A stretch of DNA of 64,000 nt from Oopsacas minuta (taxonomy: Eukaryota; Animalia; Porifera): NCBI GenBank assembly GCA_024704765.1, contig JAKMXF010000110.1:1-64000 (forward strand), given 5' to 3'. The position numbers and the translations under genes were made by a program. The notes below the pieces were generated by a model that was not told the DNA's origin, made no database searches, and worked only from the letters and a program-made list of their open reading frames with translations. Of this stretch, positions 12,969 to 27,200 are shown one piece after another. The stretch's first letter is position 1. The number at the start of each line of letters is the position of its first letter.

Positions 12969-13690
12969 CTAGTAGTTACTGAAAGCAAATAATTATATTC
13001 ATTTTAAATACACAAGAGCGTAACTAGCATTGTTCAGACAGATGAGACAACTGCCTCATTAGGGTCATCGCCGCGGCTCGCCTCGCCTCCCTAGATTGTA
13101 CAGTAGAACTCGATTAGTACGTACTCGGCTTAAGACGCACTTTTCGGTTAGTACTTACATTCATTCTTGCCTCTTCGCTCAACTATTTCTATTTACGCCC
13201 CAGATATAGATAAGAATATTTCACACTTTACAATTACTAATACAGATACTCGTAAATGCAGAATAAGAATATCAAAATCTATATTGAAATCTATTAAAAG
13301 GGATCCCATAGAAGATGTGGCAATTGCATGAGGGGGATCACGGATAAATAAGGTTGGGATTTGGGAACACGATCTAGTGTAATTATCTTACTTATCTATC
13401 ATATATCTGTTTTTATATATTGGCTGATAAATTATGGCAAAGAACTTTAACTCGGCAAAGTATGTAATCTGATACAAATATAATGGAAAGTAATTATTTA
13501 TTCTAATTTCTGTTACACAGAACACCTAATCGCTTAATTATAGGCACTATCTAGGAATTAATTGAATATAACTTATCTCGTGGTTGAAATATCTTATTTC
13601 ATGAATATGTATATCTAAGGGGTTTAAGTTGAGATATAAAACAATCGGCTAACAGTCATAATTAATAATAGTTCTATTAGAAATATTTAA
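12969..13690. promoter_or_regulatory. 722-bp divergent region between FAH and TALDO1 (likely bidirectional promoter)
   Basis: Head-to-head start codons at 12968 (-) and 13691 (+). Small GC-rich patch at about 13060-13095 and a MITE end at 13101. Confidence 0.45.
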
Positions 13691-16028
13691 ATGGCAACCA
13701 ACGGGACAACTCTAGACTGTTTGAAACAATTTACAACAGTAGTAGCTGATACAGGAGATTTCGCAGGTAAGTGAATGAATTAGTACGTATTATCATGTAG
13801 GAAAATTATATCTAGGACCCTAGGGTCCTAGAGTGTATTTTCGCTCTAGGACCCTATATTTAGTGTATTTTAATAACTTATTATATCAGTCTAGTGTTTT
13901 TGATTTTGATTAGTTTTCAAACAGCGTCCCGGAAATAATGCCAGGCCCCTAGGGTCTTGAGAATAACTCCTCTATAATGTATACTGTGTATTTTGTAAAT
14001 GTAACGTTGATGTATTATAGCAATTGACCAATTCAAACCAACTGATGCTACAACAAATCCATCTCTATTACTGGCTGCTGCACAGCTACCAAACTATCAG
14101 CATCTAGTGACGGAGGCTATTCAATACGGGAAAGCATCTTCTCAGTAAGTTATTTGTAGTTTAAACTAAACAAGCATTACACGACTGATTTGCAACAGAT
14201 GAGTTATTAATGCTGTTGGTAATTCTAATAAAAATGTTGCAAGTACTCACATGCAAACTAAATAATTGTGAAATTTGCAAAAAAAATGTAAATCATGTTA
14301 AGTAACAAACCTTGAGAACGGACCTATTCATATAGACAACTTTTTCGAATTATACAGTATTTAGTACGAGTCTAGGAATGGTTGGAATAGGTTCTTTTGG
14401 TTAACTCTTATGATTGTGATTATAATAATTATATTTAGGAATCTGGAGGAGCAAGTGACTGCTACTATGGATAAATTGGTTAGTGAGATTATTGAAACTC
14501 AATAAAAAATACAATTTTATAATCAAATATTTCTTAGTTTGTTCTCTTCGGAGTGGAAATCCTTAAGATTGTACCCGGTAGGGTTTCTACAGAAGTTGAT
14601 GCAAGGTAGTTAAATAGTTCTCTGTAGTATGAAAATGTGTTTACTCCTTAAATACATTATTATTGACTTCCTAAGGTTATCTTTCAATAAAGATGCCAGC
14701 ATAGAGAAGGCTAGGAGTTTCATAAAGCTATACGATGAAGCTGGAATTCCAAGAGAAAGAGTTTTGATCAAACTGGGATCTACTTGGGAGGGAATTAAAG
14801 CAGCTGAGTGAGTGGCATTGTAAAATTATATTAATTATGCGAAATATCTTGTTAATAATCGTTTTATCTTCTCAAGTTATTTTAGGGAATTATATATTCA
14901 CTTTCATAGTGCCTCTCTTATTCGAAATAAGAGAGGCCACACCAATTTAATATTTTTCCAATCTAACTTGAATAAATCTTGTTCTCATAAGGAAATTGAG
15001 ATTTGTATCAAAATCTCATTTCGTTGATTCTCAATTTCGTCGGTATGTCAGTTGCATAACTATTATCTGTACTTAATAAAATTAGAGTACTAGAGAAAGA
15101 AGGAATACACTGTAATCTCACTCTTCTCTTCTCGTTTGCTCAGGTAAAGCTATGAATAAATGTTGCTAAGTGTAGTAACCAATTTATTTGTGATATCCTA
15201 ACTACTTAGGCTGTAGCTTGTGCAGAAGCTAAAGTTACCTTGATCTCTCCATTCGTTGGTCGTATCCTAGACTGGTATGTGAAGAACACAGATAAGAAAG
15301 TGTACGACCCTCCTGAAGATCCAGGTTAGAGATATAGTATCTATTCTATCATTTCAATGATATACCCAATTATAGGTTAATTGGTGAATAATGCTACATT
15401 CCTAGGTGTTGTTAGCGTAACTAAGATCTACAACTACTATAAGAAGTATGACTACAAAACAGTAGTAATGGGAGCATCATTCAGAAACACAGGTGAGATA
15501 ACAGAGTTAGCTGGATGTGATCTCCTAACTATAAACCCAGCTCTGCTGGAGAAGCTCAAACTGTCAGATGAGAAAATCGTCAGGAAGCTAGATGCTGACA
15601 AAGGTAAATATAGTACATTATCTGCTTCAGGGATTCTCAAACTCTCATGGGTTATGGCCACCCTCTGTATAAACAAGTCGATTTGTGGTTTAGGTTTGGC
15701 CACGTTTCGTCTAAATAGCAATAGAAGGTCAGTTTACCAAAAAATGACGTAAAATATCTTTCGGTCAAGTTTGGTCATTTAACTACAAACATACTGATGA
15801 GCCAGTATACCAGTTTACCTCTTATTTCTGCCCCATTATACTTATCATATTTCAATTTTAGCAAAGGAGCAGGATCATAAAAAGATAACTCTGAATGAGT
15901 CTGAATTCAGATGGCTACAGAACGAGGATACCATGGCTAATGACAAGCTGAGTGAGGGTATAAGGAAGTTTGCTGCTGATGCTATAAAGCTGGAGGATGT
16001 TATCCGTGAAAAACTAGCTAACAAATAA
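13691..16028 (+). CDS. TALDO1: Transaldolase, 9 exons, 325 aa
   Basis: Exons 13691-13766, 14021-14144, 14439-14478, 14538-14605, 14676-14807, 15086-15143, 15210-15324, 15406-15603, 15862-16028. All GT-AG, 978 nt in frame. Motifs [65 protein letters not shown]. Confidence 0.97.
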
Positions 16029-16643
16029 CGTATACTTTAGTTAGTCTCTATTAGTTATCTATATTATGAGTGAGAAATTGATTATTACTAACATTTAGAA
16101 TTTATGTGTATGTATTGTTTGAAACTAATAAAGAGATTTAGTTACTAATGTATTATAACAGTTACAGTCAAGTCTTCTGTAAGATAAGTTTCTTAATGTT
16201 CTGAACTGTAGTGTCGATGAATCTCGCTTGAGGGGGTGCACTAGGGTCTGAAATCTAAACGAATTATTAAATAATTACGTCACATCTCCATAACACATAA
16301 TATAGCCAATTGGTCCTAACTAGCCCAATATTCTAGTCAACTCCCGTTAGATCGAACACGGATATATACAAATACAGTCTAAAACCGTCAAAGTAACATA
16401 GAAATGATAGGATATATCGATTTTATTGATTTCTGCTTATAATTAATATATATTCTACACAATAATGTCAGGACAGAGAAATAAAGTCCTATAGTGAATG
16501 TTCTTATATACTTTTAGTATAGTATTTAGATAAGAAGTTTGTATACTTGGTACGCAAATATGCAGATTGCAGATTGCAAATTGGCACAAGATAAACTCTA
16601 GCTATTTCAGTTTTCTGCATTGGCCCTCAAGAATAGATTATTA

Positions 16644-19600
16644 TTATTTGTATGGAAATCTTATAGGCTTGGAGTTAATCAATTTCCATATCCTGGGTGC
16701 TTTACTATCCAAATATTGATATTTATTAATAAATAAATAAATAAAAAACAAATAACAAACTTTGTCCTCAACTTGTTGAAGTTGATTAAAGAAATCATCT
16801 GTTAGATGACACTGTAAATCTTGTTTGAACTTACTCAGTTTACTTTGGTATACCACTAAATGTCTCCATAGTAAGTAGAGTGAGCTCTCTATTATACGGG
16901 TTATCAGTGATAATTCTAACTTGCTCAATTTATCAGATTCCTGAATCTAAGATAGAATATACAATCAATAAGATTGATATGGAGAAACAGTTCGAATCTG
17001 ATTACATGACTACTTAGCCTCTACTACATAATTACTAATATTCTGTCACAAACTACGTATGAGTAGTCCATAGTTGTCAATATATCTATCCGTGAGATTT
17101 GTTGTGTGAAGATCGGTTGAATACAACTATTCGTAATTCGTAAATGACATTTTTGGCGAATAAGAAATCTGCCAACCATGATGGCACTGAATGTGTATTT
17201 CGTTATGAATGAATGTAATAATTTCAATTTCCGCTGGGCAATACTGCGATGGCTGCCACACTTTTCATTAAGGCTGTGACATAGTTATACAATTCAGAAT
17301 CAAACTTACAATAGTAGTGGTGTAATCATTTATTATCTGTAATAATGACCCGATGGAGAGAGCAGATGTATGGATTATCGGAGACATCCCTGGACCTGTG
17401 GAGAGGAAATATGAAAATCATCCAATTCTAGACAAAATCATATCCACGTAAATGGACTCTCGTTATGTAATAATAATTATAATACAAATTCTGGCTAACA
17501 ATTAGAAACATTGACCATCTCTAGAGGTTCGTATTGAGACAATCTACTGTACATGCTTCTTCAATCTACATTTACCTGAAGATCCTATAGGAGATGTGAA
17601 ATCTATATTGAATAAGATCTTTGGTGTCGTAATATCCATATCTAGCCCTAAGAGACAAGTATATAACGTAAAGGGTATAAGTGAAAAATGAAGAGAAAAA
17701 CGTGTTAAGTATGTGATCATGAAATATACGAAATCAAAACTATTATCGTAGTTTCATAGTATATTACCATCTCTATTCATTGTTACAACAGCATATCTGA
17801 GAATAGAGTTAGCTATTTGTAGCGTGAAGAGAGTAGCCTCTCTCTTGACAGTCTCTGCTTCTCTACCTTCTGGTATGGCCAATTGTTTTAGAAGATTAGA
17901 TGTGTTAGATTTGAAGCAGTAGATCGGTAGCATGTTTAGCATGAGACGCTGTACACGTAGACATAGAACTATATTAAATTACAGCAGATTAACATTATAC
18001 ACAGTAATAGCAATGCAGTTGCTTTACGACATAATGCGACTAAGCAGCGAAGCGAGCTATGAAGATTGAAGTAAGTGGTTAGAGTTCTGAAGTGTTGGCA
18101 GTAGGGTCCAAGACCCGTTGGATGTGGTGTTATGTCATTTCGAAGCAGGATTCGAGTTGTTGGTTTGAAATTTGGACTTTGCCGTGACGGCACTTTAAAA
18201 GGAAATTGTTGGGTGACAAAATTACATTGAACCAGGATAGGATAGGATATTATACCTTTGAGAGGCTCTGAAGTAGTTTCAATATCAGGATTTGTAACTG
18301 AGGCCTGTTGCATGTAGTGAGCACAGGAGAGAGACAATAGACTACTAACTAAGCTCATTTCTTGTAGCCTTTCAAGGGTAGGAGTATTCGAGTGAGAACC
18401 GAGAATAGAGAATATTATCTCTGAATGACTGTTCACTAATTTTGTAACCTACATTATATACAATTATTGAAAGGCCATACAAATTTAATCATTTGTTTTC
18501 TGTCCGATTTCCTAGGAATGGCCCGGTGATGAGGACGACATTTATCTAGCTATTTATTGTAGCAGATAGGGATATTGAGTAAATTAGCAATTTGGAGGTA
18601 CATATAAGTATTAATAGTCCGCCTGATAGATATTGTCCAAATTTATGATTTACAATCTGGGAATTTGAAAATATACGAAGTGGCTTAGAGTGTTGGTAAC
18701 GGTACTCAACATTTTCCTAAAAGTGCCGGCAGCAGAGTTGGATGTGGTTTATGGTGTTTGGATGCAGGGCTCGAGTTGTTGAAGTGGGTATTTCCATTAG
18801 ATTAGTGATTATAACCCCTTTAGATGAGGTTTTTGGTTATTTTGGGACAGGCCTTGAGGTATTGGAGTGGGAATGTGGGGTTTTCTGTTGCCGGCACTAT
18901 GAGAAGAAAATTCGGATGCCCGAAACGGCACTTTAGCCACAGCCTTGATATAATCATTAGATTGTTTGTAAATTCTCATCTGCACATATAGTACATTAAA
19001 TATTGGTACAGACGGGGACGATAAATAAGTTTCTTATTTCACATGGACTAAATACAAAGATAAATAATAACTCTAGCTCTGTAAGTTACCTGGAAAATGA
19101 TATTATAGTGTCTCTTAGCTGCGGTAGAGAGTACAGTGAGTATAAGTCTGAGAAGTGGGAACAACAGCTGTGAATATGTTTGCACAGATTTAGAATTTAC
19201 AACAGGTGATACAGGCTGTAGTACACCAACTTCTGGACGTAAGTCTATGAAACTAATAGACTTTAATACCAATTATTCTAAAGCTAATAACAATACAGTA
19301 GACTCAATTAGAGGCCAGATCATTTGATATGATTGATAGGAGAATTTTAAGACTGATTACATGGTCTATATCTGGCCAAGTGACTTGATGCACATACTGT
19401 ATATGCATGGGCGTAGTCCCAGGAGGCCTGGTCCATGAGTTTATCTAGCTGATTCGCTGGAACCTAAAGTACCAATTCAGCAGCCATCAAGGACCCAAAG
19501 TGCCGACAGTGGGGCTCAAATTTGTACAGGATCAATATGTTACCGTCCAAAAAGTGTCACCCTTTCAGTCCTTGCAAGAAAAAGTCCGGAGACAGAATTC

Positions 19601-21186
19601 CTGGAAAAACACCTGGCCTGGCCCCCAAATATTTGTAAAACTGCATGTAAAAAATCAAAAACATCCTTGTACCCCAAATAATCTTTCTCCGGCTGTGTAT
19701 ATGTATAATTGTATTTAAATAAATTGTAAACAAGAATTACCTCATATTAGAAATCGTATAGAATAGGTTAGCTTGAGACAACAACTCAGGGCCTTTAATA
19801 CACATAGCTACTCGTGTTAGGAAGGACTAGTGAATATAATAGATTTGTAAGGTAATACGAATAAGGTTAATATAACAATCGTCATAGTTTGTTCCTCTTT
19901 CTATGAACTTTTAGCCTCTGTGCTTTAGGCTATACAGTCGAGTTCGCCAATTAGCAAGTCTTATAGTACACGAATTTCCCTTGCTGATATGATAAATTGC
20001 TATAAGGCGAATATTGTATTGCTAATAGGTGGGCAGTTAGACCATTGTATTGATTACTACAATCCCCATAGTGAACATTTGTACAAACTCACGATCTTTG
20101 CTTCATAAAAATAAAGCTCCAGAGTTGTTCTACCATGTCTTACACAGGTGACTAGCTGGTTATCCTGTTTCCAAATTGAGTCTACAATGTAGCGTAGATA
20201 TCCTAAGATGTTGATAGTCTTCAGCCAGTGGACATCCCCATCAAACAAAATTATTTGTTCCAAAAGAGAGAAGGACAGATTCTAAATATATAAAGATAAT
20301 ATTATATATGTATGCATATTGTTAGCAATACGTCAGCGGTATGGAGGGGTTCCATGGGTGAATAAGGTTGGAAACTGCTGCAATACGTGATATCAATAAC
20401 TGACCTGTATGATGTTGGTAGAGTCGAATGCATCTCTACAAACAATTTCAATCAATGAATCTCCGTATGAATTGAATAATGACATAGTCATGCTTTCTAA
20501 TGTTGTTATCCTACTCTCTCGCATATAAATATCTAGAAGAAGTAAATAACATAAATAATAGATACATAACAGTGTAATACTATGAGGATTCAATAGCACG
20601 TAGATAAGAATTCAAATTCTTTAATTTACATAGATTTAACGTGGACAGTGCATCTCATCATATTTTTCTCGAAATAACAATACATCGGTGAATGTAAATG
20701 TAATATCTTCAATAATGTTGAACATATTCGTAATTATTCAAATCATGAGTATTTAGGTAAATGTTTTTGAACTTTCTCTTTCGGGAATTCGGTTGCGGGG
20801 TTCAAGCCATTCGTTCAATGAAATTTGTGTTTAAAGTAACAATGTGAGCTTCTATGGACTAGAAGTATTAGTGAAATACTTTTAGATCTCAGCTGCATGT
20901 TGAAAGTATTCATTAGAGAAAAATCAGAATACAATTCAATATAGTTCATATTTGAAAAACAATATACTCTAGGACAGCGGTTCCCAACCTTTTTCACCCG
21001 TGGGGCCCTATCCCAATTTTAATACATCCTATGGACTCCCTGCTCTGGTCCATGGACCCCAAGTTGGGCACCGCTGCTCTAGGACATATTAAGCCAAAAC
21101 AGATTATCAAATGTTTATATCCTTAAGAGACAAAAAAACCCGATTTCGACTGTACAGAGTTTGATTGGTATATTAGCATATTGGTA

Positions 21187-21217
<31 letters not shown>

Positions 21218-24200
21218 TTATATTCTATATTGTGTAAGATGTAATATTATGATACACAACAGTAATATTTATAGACATGACAATCAGAGCACGATATATC
21301 TTCTTCAAAATATCAGTTAAAATGATTACATACACATAGTATACATATGCAATTGGACAAAGATTACATAAGGGTTTTTGTTTGGAATAATGAAAGTGAT
21401 ATACAAAGAAATTATTAATTATTCATATTGTTAGATAGATTATTCAGATAAATAACCTTGGCCTACAGTAGATTGAGTAAAAGACTGGATGATGGATCGT
21501 AATAATTCGGATTATCACAATTTTATAGATACAGTATATGAATATGTGAGCGCAATTTGTGGATGCACGGTTTCGATTTTCCTCTTTCTTATCATGGTCC
21601 TTTCGTTTATTTGGGCAATATATTTTATATTTCGACTAATAAAAGAATATAACTACTTGAAGTACCTCATGAAAATACGAAACTCATTTCTTGAAGATTC
21701 ATGGCTCAGCATAGTGAAAAATAGCAAAAGAAAAATCGTTAAAGCTAAATTCATCATCACCATTTGTATAACAGAATGGACTATAGGGATTTACCTTTTC
21801 ATTTCTGCAATGGCAACAGACTCAACGTATATCACAAGTGAGAAATCACACCAAGGAATCTACCAGAAAAATAATCTCTATTTCCTCATTCATGCAAGTT
21901 TAGATCAGAAATCAGCATGGTCATTTATGATGATTATCATTCTGATCTTGTTAATGCTAGTACGAAGTTTAACAAGATACCTCCGTCAACAGTATTCATT
22001 CTACAAAGATAAATCTTCAGATTTTAGAACAGCACTCAAATACAAATTACCTCTGATATTCTTTATCTTCCTTCTTGGCTTGTTTCCTCAGACAATAGTA
22101 ATTCAATGGATATTATATTTCGGTTCTTTTTCTTATGAATTAGTATGTTACACCAAAGAATGTAATAAACTATGCAACTTGCTATACAACAGGTATTTTG
22201 ATGCTAAAACACATGAATACCAATCTAAATATATTGTCAGGTTTTACAGAGGTGTATACTTAGAATTCAAAATAGGATCATGTATGCTTATAATGTCATT
22301 CTTCTTACAATTAATCAGCAGTATGTCAATGTCCATCCTCTACTCGGTACGATTAATGCTAATTTCTCCCAATAATTGGCTTCAAATCCTATTTATGAAA
22401 GGAAAGATTGACAACTCTCTATCAGCTTACCAACTACAAGAAGTAGACCTATTCTCAAAGTCCTATACTATGGTGCAATTATTTCTTTTAAGCATGAGCG
22501 AGGGTTTGCTAGTTATCCCATATGTTATTGTGTCTGTTAAGATTCTCTGTACTGCAATTAAATCATATTTCAATCAGAACAGAGATTATGAAAATCATGA
22601 CCTGATTCGAAGATTGATTGATAATAATAACAGAGCCTACTGAAATTTTGATGGAAGGCAAGGATTTACTTACTACTATCTTTGTATTTCATCTAAAGTA
22701 TAATGATTAATGAAGTATACTATACAATGTACGATTTAATATATATATATATTGAATAAATAATAAAATTTTCCAAATTTCCTAATATAAAATAGACGGG
22801 CCCAATCCATAGTTTTTCATTGCGAAACCTAATGGTCTTAATTAAATAAATTCAGCCTACTCGACTAATTGTCAGTCAATTTGGTTCGAGGGTAATTTAC
22901 CCAATTCACGGGGAGTCAGTACTAGCACCTATATATCTATTATAATGCATCAGTTTCCAATTTCAGTCACTTTCCATTGACCATCATTTCGACCATTCAG
23001 TAGTCATTGTTTCTCATAGAAATATTTTCCCATAATACCAATATCTAATGTAATATTTGTGCATATTATGAAAATGTACAAACCTTGTGATTCTCCCTCA
23101 TCTACTTGTCTTCTACACATCTGAAAATAGTATAGTAACACTCCATATAAATTAATACGAGTACTCTGTACTGATTTGTCTATATATGACAGCAGATCTA
23201 GGATAGAAGTTAGGAGAGGTTTCATGAGAGGAGTGTCCAGATGAACGGATTTAGAAGGATCAATGTCATTCTGTTTGTGTAGGTAAGCCAAATGAGAGAA
23301 TATAGTGAGTAGAGAGCTGGATAGAGCTGGGATTACTTCGATAATTATATTACGTGATAAGGCCTAGAAAATTGATAGTATTAAAAATTAATAGTATCGT
23401 ATATTCAGAGTATAAATGACCTTTTCTAATATGATAGTAGCTAACTCCAGGAGTAGAGGAAATTTTATTTCTTTTGGGAGGAGTTCTTCTTGACAGGAGA
23501 GGAGCATAGTGTCTGTCATCTGGTGCCAACTCTCAAATAAGCTCTTCTTCACTTCTGTCTGTTCCCTAGCTTGGTTCTGTTCCAAAGCGAATGAGAGGAT
23601 AAGTCTCATCTCCTAAAATACGAACAATACATAACAAATAAGCTAATAAGTATATTTACGTATGCTGGCTATGCTCTATGCTATGGTAAGACAGTACGTA
23701 AGAGAAAATGTTAGCCATTTTTATCACCTATTTCTAACCAACATAAAATGTAAAAATGTCTGGGATTTACATCCTGAATAATTTTAGCGAAATTACAAAT
23801 TACTTGGACCCTGCTCGTATATATATATTGCCTTTGATGGATAATGGGTAAGGTATATCCACCAAACAGACAATACCAAATATTAACATATTACAATAGA
23901 CTAACATCCAAAACATTTTGCCTCTGAGAGAGTCCAATATTTGCCATTGCCATTTCTTTATTAATGAATTTATGTAGAGACTTTATGTCTATGACTCTCA
24001 TTTCCATCAGATCAGACTTAGCTTGATGTTGTTGTATTAGCGTTAATATCTGCTCCTGATTGAAGTAGTTCAGCTCAAGGGGAGGTGGTATGACATCAGA
24101 AATGTCCATCTGTTTTAATATAGCAGATAGCTTCTTTACTGTCTTACCAGGAACAGATGGCTGTAAGATTACTTCCTCTTCTACTGCACGGAAACTCTTC

Positions 24201-27200
24201 ACATCTGTTCTAGCAGGGATTTGAGCTGGTGTTTCCTTCTCTTCTGAAAGTAAGAGGTTAGTGAGCTTCTGTGTATGAGATCTCTGCTGCTTCTTGGTTG
24301 TGATGTGTAGTTCTAATGCTACCATACGGAGTAGCCAGGACTGTTGATGTTGTAGAGAAAGTTCCAGGTGACTCTCTGCTGCACTCGAACTAGCCTAATA
24401 GAAAAAACAATATGTACAATGTACAATATACGAAAATTTTATAATTTTATATCAAAAAGCAATGGAGACAATTATTGAAGACGATGTAATATACAGTAAA
24501 ATCCCGTTATAAGTTATTGGATATAACGAGACTCCTGTTATAACAAAGTGATTCTTTACTCCCTATAGCTTGAAAGTAATTTATTTTAATCCGCACGAAA
24601 ATCCGCTTATAACCAAATGAAACCTGGGTACCAGGCACCAAGTTATAGAGTTCATGTAAATTGGTATAAGTTTTATGTTATAGATGTACGGACCGACGAG
24701 TGAGAGCAATAAAGTGTATATACATACGTAATATGCGTAATTTCACTCTAGAAAGTTAAAGAATTTCTTAAAGAACTTCTAATACTGTTGAGAAGAAATC
24801 GATATCTTGTAGCAAATAAATGTATAGTTGTAGCACTAAGAATGTTCCATCCAATGACCATGTGATGAAATAGAAGTAAGTATATATGTATACTTGATCT
24901 AAACTCGTAGAGAAAAGATCAAGACTGGTGAATTAACAAAATTATGAAATTTAAAATTTTGATATTAGCTATATTTTGCTATATAAATGTGCCTGTGTTA
25001 GGTGAAGACTTTCACCCCATACGCACCAGACTGATTGACACATTTAAAGGGAAATACAACATAAACTATCTGTTTAGAGGAAATATGCCAGTCCTTGATA
25101 ATAAGTTTTGCTACGATAAACTTATGCAAAATCTTGGAGAAGTACTCCAGAAACACAACATGACTCTACCAACAAATAGCTACATGCTAGACATAACCTA
25201 CATCAATAGCTATATCCCAGGGGAAAGTAAGGATTACGGAATTGAAGAGTTATTCTGGGATGAGAATTCGAATTTAGGCCGGCTACTACACTGGCCTATA
25301 ATTGGCTCTACAATAAGACCTCCTGGTGATAATACCGTAATTAAATTCGTCATTAAAGAATATATGGAACGTAGCATTGATAGGCTAGATCTGAAACTAC
25401 CCTCATTACACCATTTATTGACTACAGAGTATGCAGATGTATCGTTGATAATATACACACACTGTGAGGCTGGTGTAGACAGAACGGGAGAGGTTAGCGG
25501 GGCTTATTATATGCAGTTCTTGAATGTGACATTTGAGAATGCTGTCAAAGTGGATAATAGTATAATAAACAGAGATATGTATGTGGATAGTAGGAATGAA
25601 CTGCAATGGTACTGCTATTACCTCAAGTTCGTAAAAGGAGTGAAAAATCTTGTCTGTGTATAGTATATAGTTTGTTACTGTTTTGAGATGTAAAGATTTA
25701 GATTTTATTTATATCGAACAGAAATTCAATAAAATATTTAGTTGTTGATAGTCACAGACAGCTGGAACAAAATCCCGATCTGCTACTTAATGGTGGAATT
25801 TGATGTAAATGTGCACCAAAAGTTCTTCCTGATTCAAATACAGTATAATAGTATCCCTGGAGCTCTTTGCGATGAGGAAACGCATAAGTAATATCGTGCA
25901 AAGTAATTATATTTCATCGAGTTTTCGTCCGAGATTATATTTTTGTCTTAACAAGGACAATCTAAGCGGAATATGTATTTCATATCTAAGTACAATTTCC
26001 CCATTTGAGATTACAATACATGCTATAATTTCGAATAACAATCACTTGAACTTGTCATATGAAGTGAAACGAATAAGTGTAATTATTATTGATGAAAATA
26101 GCAGTGTTACTTTGAATAAACGGATATATATTTGTTTAATTAATAACTGAAATGAAAACTCTCAAAATATGCGAATGAAGAAATCACTGGAGAGATCGGG
26201 CACTGGGTTGCAAGTCATTATGACACGATTATCAGTACATTCTACAAGAGTAAACATTTCCTTTTCTTCTTCTCTTTACCTCCTGGAGGAGTCAGGTAAG
26301 CCAATATTGCCTCATCGAACACATCTTTCAATCCAACTCGAGTTTTAGCAGAGCACTCAAGATACTGTACACAGTGATAACCTTTCCTTTGGAGTTCTAG
26401 AGCTAATTTATGACCAGATGCGGTTTCTATTGGTTTCAAACGACTTTTCGCGAGTGCAGTGACAGTGTTGTTATCATCTCTGAGATCAATCTGGGTTCCA
26501 ACCAATATGAAGGGTACATTGGGACAATGATGTGCTATTTCTGGTACCCATTTCTCACGTACGTTCTCAAATGTTGGCATGTAGATGACTGAAAAGGCAA
26601 CAAGAAAAATATCAGTCATAGGGTAAGTGAGGGGTCGTAATCTGTCGTAATCCTCCTGACCAGCAGTATCAAATAAGCCCAGTATATACGTGTTACCAGC
26701 AATGTCAACATTCACAGCATAATTATCAAACACTGTAGGTCTGTATTCGAAAGGGAACTGGTTTGTAGCATACGTCATAAGCATACTAGTCTTACCAACA
26801 GCACCATCTCCTACTATAACACACTTGATTGCACGCTTCTCCATCTTTTATCTCGTTTAAATGATAATATTGGAGGTATAGAATTTAGTATTTGAATTTC
26901 AGTTCCTAGAACTATGGTTGGAGTATAAATACATACTATACATACAGTAATGGAATATAGGTCTTCTCAATTAAATAAATTGTGGTGTCAAACTGTACGT
27001 CTTATCGGTATTGAATGGTAAAGCTGTGAAATCAACAACACACAAGTTATTCAAATAATATTTCAATAAATTTATCAGTGGCCCATGTTCAATGGTGTTT
27101 TAGGGACGGTAAAAGCTGGTACACTGTAGGTCTGTAGCTGTAACGTCCATTCGTCCAGAAATAGGGACAATAAAAATAAGATGATGTCCCCTGGGCCAGT

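Noticed and set aside
17969-18436. 155-aa ORF treated as one exon
   Set aside because: Only 18448-18256 is exon. The rest runs through an intron containing a repeat copy, and the phase-1 donor at 18255 joins cleanly to 17968.
18742-18936. 64-aa plus-strand ORF
   Set aside because: It lies within a TIR-bounded repeat in a NUP205 intron.
19500-19718. 72-aa plus-strand ORF in a GC-rich patch
   Set aside because: It is intronic, probably a degenerate MITE (catgggcgtagtcc... end), with no protein motif.
20790-20812. GGTTCAAGCC resembling a tRNA T-loop or B-box
   Set aside because: No A-box, D-arm, anticodon arm or acceptor stem could be built.
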